The notes under the pieces were generated by a model, which made no database searches, was not told the DNA's origin, and saw nothing but the letters and a program-made list of their open reading frames with translations. The position numbers and the translations under genes were made by a program. Below, one piece after another: positions 13,201 to 23,400 of a DNA stretch of 64,000 bases. Position 1 is the first letter of the stretch. The number at the start of each line of letters is the position of its first letter. Source of the stretch: Klebsormidium nitens (Eukaryota; Plantae; Klebsormidiophyceae); NCBI GenBank assembly GCA_000708835.1, contig DF237062.1:124001-188000 (forward strand), read 5' to 3'.

Positions 13201-14902
13201 AGGTGCGCCCCCGGCAGGATGTTCGCCATCGCTAGTTGCATCTCGCGGTGCAGCTGCTCGCGCGTGCTGACGTCATCGCACATGGCCGACCCCTGCGCGA
13301 GCACCGTCAGCACCTCGAGGTCATTGGCGGCCGCCTCGTCGCGGTCGCTTCGCACGCGCGCCTTGGCCTCTTTGACCTTGGCTTCCGAGTTGTCGTCCAT
13401 TTTCCGCCCAACCTCCTCCATCTTCTTTACAAAACCTTCTGCCATTCCGTTGGAGAATCTCATCATTGAGAGGGTTCTTTGCGAATGCCGGGGGATTTTG
13501 AAGCGCTTGTCGTACTGCAAGGAAAACGATGTTGCAAATGAGTCAGAGGGTAAAGGGGGGAAGACGTCTTCCTTCCCTAGGGTGTAAAAATGGATCTTTC
13601 TTGATATGACAGATATACATTTTTACACCCTAGCAGGCCGCGTCAAAGGGTTTTACATGTCTGAGCTTCTTCAATCCAGGACTGCTTGCATGGCTTTCTG
13701 CATATGGCAGCAATGGTTGTAAATGCCTTTGCTTATGGGCAGTATTAGTGCTCTCAGATCACTCAAGAAAGCTAGGATCTTGAGAACTGAGCATTGAGTG
13801 TTTATTCAACATGGCCGGGTACCATAACAGCTTGAAAAGAGGGCTAGAAAAGTACTCAGCATGCATAGTTCCAAACCCAATTCCTGATGTCTCACCACGG
13901 GTGGCAATCTGTAAAGAGAGGCAACTTTGGCGTATGTTCTGGTTGACCTAAATCAATAGCGAATTCAACCCGAAGATCCCTGAGATACGACATATTCACC
14001 GGTTATGTGAATCGCTTTTCAATAAAAGGAGCAGGGTTTGGTAGTGAAGAAGCAGGCTCCAGCAGCAGTGGTGGATTTGTCAACACTGCTGATTGCTTCT
14101 ATGGTTATGAGAACAAAGCTTAACTGAAACTTAGATGATCCTCATTATTTGGAACGATGTGCAAGAACATATATCGAACCAGGTCTTGGACTAAATACCT
14201 ACATAAGCAGGCAAATGAGTTCGACTGCAAAAGAGGAACCAGGAAGGAGACAAGACAATCTAAGCTGGAAGAGGGAGTGCTTAACTCCAGTCTAATCCCT
14301 CAAAGTAACAGATGCTACTGTGGTGCTGCTTTCAATCCTCCTGGCCAAATACAAAAGCAGCTGCTATTTTTCACCAGAGAGATGTGGAACAAAGCTCTCT
14401 GCTTATACAGACTTTTCTTGAACAAAGCCTACAGGGGTCCTTGTCAGAAGATAGTGGGGAGGACTCCGTCAATGTATCAAAATGTGTTCAGAAAGGCCGC
14501 CAGTGAGTGTACTGCCATGGTGCCAAGGTGTCCAGTAGCCCATATAAACTGCTTTTGATCACATAGTTTGACGGAATAATATATGATCCTGCTAGTGCCC
14601 CTTTAGTACAGCGTGGTCAAGGAACACACTTGGCTTGAAGTCGCAGCATATTGGCAAGACCCTTTGACAGCCGCTTACCTTCACACTTCACGCAAACATG
14701 GCCAACCCCAGAAGCACCAGGGTACTGTTAGAGTCTGTCTGTATCTCCTCGCTGATTGGGACCGGCAGCGCCAACCTGATCATCTGTGAGCCCGATGTTC
14801 ATTCTGCAACAACCCGCTCAATTCACGCGCCATCATTTTTCAGGAGCGACTCACTGGTGACATAACCAGCGGTCGATGTCTGCAACATTGAGCAGCCGCC
14901 AT
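7237..14902 (-). CDS. Uncharacterised ~1065-aa protein with six C2HC zinc fingers and an acidic tail
   Basis: Minus-strand exons 14902-14855, 13514-13181, 12450-12121, 11529-11324, 11102-10855, 10278-8839, 7828-7237. All junctions are GT-AG and phase-consistent (3198 nt). The 1440-nt exon encodes six C-x2-C-x12-H-x3/4-C motifs (CPMC, CPLC, CPIC, CPVC, CPNC, CWKC). The first exon and the 11102 acceptor are the least certain. Confidence 0.68.
12575..12645 (-). repeat. Intronic duplicate of the acceptor and exon start at 12450
   Basis: + strand ggatacggacctccttgcctgtgacacgaacagatggcggggtcgcgagaag versus ggacgcagacctccttgcctgtcatagtacgagatggggttgtcgggagaag, offset 149 bp. The copy keeps CAG|GCAAGGAGGTC. 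Confidence 0.7.
13577..13633. repeat. 57-bp perfect inverted repeat (mini-MITE or transposon remnant)
   Basis: ctagggtgtaaaaatg (13577-13592) and catttttacaccctag (13618-13633) are exact reverse complements, with a 25-bp spacer. Confidence 0.75.
13650..14580. other. CpG-poor, decayed, probably transposon-derived intronic sequence
   Basis: CG is visibly scarce and CA/TG abundant relative to the flanking exons. Only broken ORFs are present and no family motif was recognised. Confidence 0.3.
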
Positions 14903-15849
14903 CCTTCTGTTTGTGCTTTCTATTGTTCTCAGTGTCCAGTCTGAGTACTAATAGTAATGGGGGACTTCTCATATGAATGCTGTCTCGCAACCAGGCGCGG
15001 CGTCGCCGCGGCCGCGCGCCAAACGCAGACGGTGTCAGGGTTTCCGGGGACACGTGGTTACGTACCCGCCGGTCGTCGATCGCGTTCCACGACGCCTCGC
15101 CTACCGTCGATTAATCTGGCTCACTGGTTCCTGCGGTTGCTCAATCATTGCACAATGCGCATGCGCTAGTCCGACTGCGTTTGCGACCCGACTGGGTGTG
15201 CGTGGCGGCCGCATGCATGGAGCATTGAAGGTTCCCTTGTGCATCAAACTTTTATCTCAGGTCTGAAAGAAAAGCGCAAGGCTGTTGTGCCTTTCCTAAT
15301 AAACATGGTGGTGAAAGGACGTCGTTCCCTGAAGCTCTGATGCAGGCGTTGTTGTTGATATTGTAATCGGTAGGCAGAGTAGAAGAACAGAAGGTTGAGG
15401 AGTCAGCCACCAATCTGATATTACATACCAGTGGTAGCTGCAGGGATAGGCCAGGTGCTATCTTTCTCAGGCACCTCAGTCAGGAGTGCACAGAAGTGAG
15501 AGGTGGCAGCGCACGTGTCCCCAGCTGGACTGTAGAGGGGATGTGCCTCTGAGGCAGTGCAGGGTTTTTACATCTGGTATAATGTGCTGTGGCAATCCAG
15601 CTCTTGCAGAATACAGATACTAGATTAGCCCTGGCACTTTACCTATGAGCACGCTTGTTGAATATTGTAAATCAGCTCACATTGGTCCCCGCCATACCAT
15701 GCGGATTGGTTTATAACCATTTAGCTTGAGAAGCTGCTTGTATAGGCTCAAACCCTAAGTAGAGTGCCTACTGCTGTGTAGATATGGATGTCCTTCTGCT
15801 AACGCACGCCTTCTCCTGTTCAAGCACAGAGCTAGAGGCTGATCTGCGG

Positions 15850-18800
15850 ATGACTGAAAATCAGGAACCGCAACCAACCGCAAGCACGTCAGAAAAAGAA
15901 ACGCCGTCAGGATTCATAGGCATTGCTGGAATCAGTGAAAGGAAGCTGGGCATCTTGAGGCAGGACCTTGAGTTTTACATTTTACAACCGCTTGATCCGA
16001 TGGATAGAAGATGGATGGAAAAACACGAGGGGACGGCAGGCGATGACGAACCACACCGGCGCATTGCAGTTGCGGTGAAGAACTCAGGTAAGAGTTCGAC
16101 CAGGTTACCAGCTCAGTTGTGCTCTGGAATCCACTTCTAGTGGAATTGTCGAGGCTTGATTTTGCACGCATTGCGTGGTAAACTCGCTTTTAAGCGATTC
16201 ATTGGTGGTTAACACCTTTAATCAAAAAATTCATTGTCTTTAAACCTTCTGCAGGGGGTTTAAAAGGCCCTTTTTTTGTAACTAGACCTTGCATTTTGCA
16301 GATTCCTGCTTGCCAGTCTTTCTGGGAATAACATCTTTGCCACCAAAGCCTGTCCTATACAGAGTACAACCGATCGAGCTTTACCGATGTCGATTTATCT
16401 CTGAGGCTGCTCCCTCCTCGGCTGCTTTTTCCTCTCTGCTTCATGATACACTGCCCATTTCATCAGATAGAAAACTCCAGTCTCATCACAGACGCACCTT
16501 ATGCTGGGAATACTGTGAACCCAGCCTCAGCTCCACGGTCCTGAAAAGCCAAATACGCCACACAGTATACATCCAGGCAGTTCTGTCAGATTGAGCTCAG
16601 GGAGTTCTTTGCGTGCAGACCTGACTTTACAGAGCATTGAGCGGCTGCTGATCGAGCGGGCCACCCTTGAAGCTGAGCTGGCCGCCTGCAAGCAGCAGCT
16701 GCAGGAGAGACGGAGTGGGGAGGAGCCAAACGGGCGAAGGAGCGTGGGAGAGGTGTGGACGCGTAAAGCGCTTTCTTTCTTTCTTCCTTTTAGGGTCTTT
16801 CAGCCGCGGCTGGTTTATGAGAATTCTGGTTTTTGTCGTTCACGTTTTTGGAGCAAATGGCTGGTGCAGTGAATGTAGGGAGTTACGCAGTGTCGATAGA
16901 CGCAAGCACGTGTTTCAGAAGGCGTTGGTTCGTGACGCTTGATGGCAAAGCAGGGACATGAGGTGAAATGTTCTTGGCTATTTCAACGCGGGGTTTTCAG
17001 ATGGCAATATACCTTGCCAACCTGGTGCTGAGAAGTCGTGGCATGAGACGGCACGCTTCTGTCATTCACTGCCCTGCCCCCATCACTTAGCATAGCTATG
17101 CATTCCGTAGGTCAATTGAACAAGTGGAATTTCCTGAACATTCTGGGCCTCGGTTCATAGGAGCCCAAGAGTGGAGGCCGGTATGGCTGTTTGCATTGAC
17201 CTCTACCCTCTCTCTTTAGTCACAACCTTTGAGTGAACCAGTCTGTCGATAGTGTGATCCAATATACAGTTCTTACAAGCCTACGCCTTTCAAGAGAGGC
17301 CCCCTTGGCAGGAAGGTGTACATGAGACTAGGTAGCGGCAGCCCTGTTACGTCCTCCTAGAGCACCTTATCCAGATTTTACCTCCAATTGTTCTGCCTAG
17401 TTCCCTGGGGCTCAGTCTCGAGACTTTTCATCCCGACAGCAAACGTTCTCTGGTGCAGACAACAGCGCAACACTGGAAGAGGCGGGCAGAGGATCTGCAG
17501 CTGGAAGTGCACGCGCTGAGGTGCGAAACTCGAGTCAAAGGACCCTGCAAACGTCTACACTGTATGTGTTGTATGTGTTGTTGTGCGTTTGTCCTTGAAA
17601 GAGGTCCGAAAGAGGAGTCCAAGGACCCTGCAAACGTATACCTACACTGTATCGGTTGTACGTGTTATGTATGTTGTGTGCATGCCCTTGTTGAGTGCTT
17701 AAAAGCTCTTTCATTGGTGTGCGCGCTTTGGTCGAGGCTACCTGTAAAACGAGCCTGGAAATGCCTTTGGCGCAGCGGACATTGGGACTCTGGTTGGCAG
17801 CGTCTTTGGACATCATCGAAAATCAGAGCTCTCTAGTCCTAGTTTAATTCCTAAAGCGTCTCCGGCCAAGCGGCTCGCCACCTCCAGCATTGGTCTCACC
17901 ACTTTTCTATTCTGTCTTCCTTTATAGATCGCACGCTGCGGCGGCGGAGTCTTTGCGGGTCAGGAGTGAAGCGGCCGTTGAGAAATTGGCCCGCGACTAT
18001 GCACAGGTGAGGATCCAGCTTGACCTTACATGCTATTGGTTCTTTGTGATCAAATGAAGCAGAGTGGTAATTAAATGGAGCCATCGATCGGCTTTTGAAT
18101 GCGTAAACAGTCAATCAACGTCGGTTGACGCAGTGGTGCAAGGGACAACCGTCCGGCATTATCACTGATCGAGGCAGCAGCAATGACGAGCTCGTTTCAT
18201 TATGCATCCTTTTGGCCAACGCTTTGCCCTAAGGTTTTTCAGCATCAACTAATGCCGCTGGCGGGCTGACCGACCGGAGTGACCGTCAAAAAAACAGCAA
18301 AAGAGGCAAAACAGTCTACTTTTATCTCAATGCGACGATTCTGTTGAAGTGCTAGCCCGCCTTATCGTCCGGTTCTACAAGCAAGCTGCGTTGTGTACCG
18401 CCTATAAAGCCGTGCCGAATTTCTAGACTACGATTGCGGCTATTATGTCCATTATGCCATCATGCCTTTGTTTCTCGAATGCTCGTGTTCCCATACAAAA
18501 GAGAGCGGCTTTCCTTGGTGTTTCCACTTTCTGCGGGCTGCATTAGGGTTTTCACAGCGGTTGAATTCCCATGCAGGATTTCCGCCGGAACCCCGGTGGG
18601 GAGGACGATGCGGCAGCCCGGAAAGAGCAGCTACCGCCGCTCGAGAGGCGGCCGTCAGGCAAGCTCTATGTCTCACATTCTACAAGTCGTGATCGTTTCA
18701 CATTTTGAGTCGTTTTCTGAAATTAGCTGCCCGTCCGTCTTAATGAAAGTATCACTGTTGTCTCAGCATTAAGCGAGTTTTCGTTTTCGGTGCGAACCGA

Positions 18801-19501
18801 TTTCGTCAAAAGAAGCAGAAGGCTCTTGTCCGGAGCCGGGGTCACATGCGCATCTTGCCACGTTCTGGAGGAAAGCTCCGCTTCCCGCAAGTCTTCGGCA
18901 ACGGGCATTGTGGTGGCGAAGGAGATGTTGCCTGATCCCTGCACTTCCGCCTGCAGGCTCGTTTTCCTCGGAGCGTCGCAACTCTATGCTTGGAGTTGAC
19001 GGGTGAGTGCTAGTCCTTTGCCGGCCGCTTTTTATCGAGTCCTTTTCCAGCGACTGCTGTGATATTCCATTTGAACGCCACTTTGCCGCCTCGATCTCCA
19101 GCTTTGATACTCGAGCTCTCGCTGGGGAGCTCTCTCACCTCCTCGCGAGCCGATAGTGTTGCATACGAATCGTTCGCATTCTATTTTGCGCGGCGAACGC
19201 GGACTCTCGTACATCCGTCTGTGGCTACAGCCTCCCTCAGTTGGAGTGTGCCACTAAGTAGTTTTCCATACGACATCCCTTTTCTGCGTAATCGAGTTCT
19301 GCGGTACAATTTCTGGACTTGATCATTGATGGGTTCGTCGATACCCGTCGAAAAGGACGCTTTTCGGACCGCAGGCTGCGTACGGACGAGGTCCTCAACA
19401 AGCTAGAGGCGGTCATTGACCAGCTGGCGTCCAGCAACATGCTGCTGGACAAGGTGACGTCACATCCGCAGGCCTTAACCCGGCCCATGAAGGCGGGATG
19501 A
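15850..19501 (+). CDS. Uncharacterised ~255-aa coiled-coil protein with one GC-AG intron
   Basis: Exons 15850-16087, 16619-16752, 17459-17520, 17928-18006, 18577-18658, 18957-19002, 19375-19501 join in phase (768 nt). Heptad-like segments: LQSIERLLIERATLEAELAACKQQLQE, WKRRAEDLQLEVHALR, DEVLNKLEAVIDQL. The donor at 18659 is GCAAGC. An alternative upstream ATG is at 15784. Confidence 0.62.
17532..17700. repeat. Decayed ~83-bp tandem duplication in an intron
   Basis: gagtcaaaggaccctgcaaacgt (17532) and gagtccaaggaccctgcaaacgt (17615), each followed by ctacactgtat and TG-rich sequence. Confidence 0.7.
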
Positions 19502-20484
19502 CGTTACCTGCTGCCCAGATCAAGCGCGCGCAAGCATATGCCGTTTACACATCGTATGTTGCATGGAGTCACCTAGAAATTGCCATGCTGGCAGAGGAAT
19601 GGGGATAGATTCTGGTTGGAGTTTGCGAGGTCACGAGCCACGTGATGTACTTTATGTAACTTGTATTCTCCTTGACGCCCGTGCGCATAAGCGCTCGTGC
19701 TTATTACGTTAGGTCATGTTGGGGGAGGCTCGAAGTCGATGCCTATGAGCTGGAATAGAGAGCTGGTCGCATTTCAACAAGCTCACAGGACGTACGTCAA
19801 AACCGTTTATTTCTAAAGGAGACTCCAAACGCTGCATGATAGTTTAAAGTCACCCTAATACGATCATTGTTGCTTCATCTGAGCTCCTTGCCTTGCGCCC
19901 AGCAATATTCGTGCTTGCCGCAAATTGCGCCAAAAACTTGAAAGAGTCAAACGACGAGCTCATACAGGCGGCAGCTGGGTACACATGCTTCACACACGTC
20001 CATGTATATTAGGGCCGCCCACGCGCATGCATAATTAGATGTTAGATACTTTGCATGATATACGCGGCCAATCACTAAACTACCGCATGAGTGGCCGCCT
20101 CAAATACACACGCGAGTATACACGCACGGGCCTCTCTCAAACGGTGTTGCTTTTGTGACGGCAGCACTTTATGTACAATACGTAGTATGCCACTGCGTGA
20201 TAGATACACAAGAGCAAGCCGAGCAAATGAGGCCCACATAATCTTGCATGCAAATCTTTATAGCCCGGAGGCGCATGGGCTCCTAACGTGGATACAGCCA
20301 TCATGAAAGCTGCCATGATATGAAAAGAAGTCATGCCTTCCCATCCCAAACGCTTTTATTCCGTAAAAGATTTCTGGAGGTAAGCTGCGCGCTTCGACTA
20401 AAAGGAGACACGACAAACCCTTTGATAATGTCGGGTTGGCGGCATAGAAGCTGAGGAAGCCGCCTTTAGAAACTAGCAACTTTG

Positions 20485-23400
20485 CTAGGGCGGGGGCTGG
20501 TTTCCAAAGCGGTGAAGCATAAATGTATCCAAGTCTTTCGGCTTCCCGACCATGCTTGGCATAATCGGCAGGATAGAGATACCCTCCAACAGATGCTTGA
20601 CGTCCCTGTACAACCTGCGACAGTCAAAGCGATGTTCAGTCTCTTGAAATTCCTGCTTTGTTCATGTAGTCAATGTGTGCTTGGATTGGGATGCAATAAC
20701 CGAACTGCAGTCGAAGTTGGCTTCACGAGAGACGTTTCAGTACATATTGCGGAACAGGTTCTCGGTTGACTTCCCACCTTCGCTTAGCAGGCGGAGTGCT
20801 TGCGTCGACCTTCGAGAATGCTTCCGTCAGCTGCGTGTGGAAAAGGATAACAACACGCCTGCAAAAGGAGTAGCAACATATTGGGTATAGTATTTTGGAA
20901 TAAAAACTCCTGACAACACAAAGCGCTGCCTTTAAAGAGGCCACAAAGAACAGGTCGGGCGCCAATGTGGAACAGGATAGCCGTACAAATGATCTGCTTG
21001 ATCTGTATCACAACGTTGCAGAATACGAGGCTTGAGTGGAGGCACGAGGCCGCATAAGCCGGTCATGAAGCCAACCTCAGACGGCTTGGCAGCTTTTAAG
21101 AGGCCGCTAGGCTTTAGCGGATGTTACGCTAGCAAGGAGAGGAGCTTCAACAGAACACTCACGTAAAGATGGACCGCAGCTCAGCATCGGTAAGGAAGGG
21201 TAGAAGAACCTTGTAAAGAATACCGACTTCCTGCAGTCGGACGAGGGAAGAGGTTAAAGACCTCGAAAGGACGACTTCGTCGTGGGTCTTGCTACGACCT
21301 TGTAAATCTGCTTCAGCATTCATCACGGGCTTTTTTGCATGGGTTCCGACAGCCCATGCGTTTGATGGGCACCTAGTCCAAAACGACCAGCTGAGAACCG
21401 TGCACACAGGCAGAACGGGCTTGTCAGCACAATTCAACGCAGCGGAGAGTGCAAGGCTCAAGTAATCGAAACCCACCGAAAGGTGAGTTTGCCGCCCTAG
21501 CTTGCAAGCAACATCATCCCAACAACACGACCTGAGGCAGTGTCCGTTCAAATAGTACTCCTCTTACGGAGACCCGCAGCCAGACACAAACTTCTTTCCA
21601 CAGGGCACTCGAGAATCTCACGGGACATCGTGTAAAGTTTTAGTTTGGTAATCTGTTTATTTCTGTTACTTGTTTACCACTTACCCTGCCTTCGGTTTGT
21701 CGATGCAAAACGGGTTGTCTATCTGGTTTCCGTAGCACTCTAATGATGGAAGGTTCGGGTTTTTTTTTCCTTTTCTTTTCTTTTCCTTCTCTTTTCCTTC
21801 TCTTTTCCCCCCGAAGTAAAAGGCTATGCAGAACGGGATGTCCATTCATGCAAAACTGGGTATTTTTTGGCGGGCCCGTCCAGACACACCGTCTGAGACA
21901 AAACTCGTGAAAGCGAGGGAGTGACTCACCCGCGCAAGGTCCGTGGCAAACTTGCTGGGCTCGGCGTCCCTGTCGTCCGGTTTGCTCCAGTGCTCCGCCA
22001 ACTGTGGAAGAACTTTTAGATGCACCTGCAGCCATGTGGCGACTTTCAAGGAACGGATTCGAAAGCGAGCAAACGGGACTTTGCGAACCTGGGAACTTAG
22101 AAGCTCCGGAGAAAAGACTGCTCGCCTAGGCAGACTCGGACGAGCTTATAGTCAAGACCATAGCCCGAGTCTTTCTCCGTGGGCTGTGCGGTGCTGTTCG
22201 CTGCCTGATGCAAAGCACAGTCTGCAAGTCTGCGAATCTATTGGAAGGACGAATCATAAGCACAGAGGAGTGAGCGAAGATGAGTCGATATAAAGGCGAG
22301 ACGGGGACAAGGGACCTCTCTTCCACACCAAACAACCTTCCCTTCCCTAAGGATTTCAATGTGAATCGGCCGGCAAGCTTCGTGCACAATTGCGCAGTCC
22401 TCAAAACGTATTGCACCGCGTCTTAACTGGTAGTCTATGCCCCGCAGTCACAGGTGAACCGGAGCAGTCCGGTAAACGTGCAGCGATCGAGTCACATAGT
22501 CCGTGCAAGCAATTTGGCAACTCTAACGAGGCGTCACAGCGCAGTCTGCTTAAAAGAAAAGCCCAGAGGACGGGTGGGGTTGGCCCGGTGGTTAGGGTGG
22601 GTTGGGTTGCGGAGCCCGTGGGTTTAGCATTCGGTTTATCTCATTGTTTGCTCGGGGCCTACAATTCATAGAGCACACTTCTGTTGGGCCACATGACATC
22701 CACTCGGGTCTTGCAACGGAATAGCGAAAAGCGCCGTATCTGTAGCCGCTTACGCACTATGGCCGGGATCGCATAGATATTAGAACCGGTATTTGACTAA
22801 TTTGCTCGGGATCTATGTTTTGTAGGGCACGTGGCTGTTCGGGAACATAAAGATTCACAGGTCGTGCCACGAAATGACGGAACGTGCCGTACCTGTAGCC
22901 GCTCGCGCATGATGGCCACCAGCTTCGAGTGGATCTCGTCGCGGTGCACGCGGTAGTCGTTCACGACGCGGTCCACTTCGGACAGCAGCAGCGCCTTACG
23001 GGCGTCCGGGATGTGGGCGGACAGCAGCCGCCGGATATCTGGACGACCCAGCAAGTGGTTCCGTTTAGTAGACCCAACCCTTCGATAGACCTGGCTCGAT
23101 TCTAAGACCAAAAGACTACAGGAGACCACCCCGGACAGTAGAAGCGCCTTGCGGGCGTCCGGAATGTGCGTGGACAGCAGCCGTCGGATATTTGGACGAC
23201 CAAGCAAGTGCTTCCGTTGGTAAACTCAAATTTCCGGTACACCTGACTCGATTTTTATATCAAAGACCAGAAAACCTGATGTGAAAGAGGGCCCGAGATG
23301 CAAAAACACGAGATCGGCCGATTGGGGGCAGCAAAATGAGAATGGTCGTCCTGTATTTCAAGCAAGGAATGATTCACTGGTTCTCTATCAGAGAGATCGA

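Noticed and set aside
22797-23207. ORF suggesting an internal peptide duplication in VPS54
   Set aside because: The first copy is intronic: its acceptor is mutated, and the true exon joins in phase without it.
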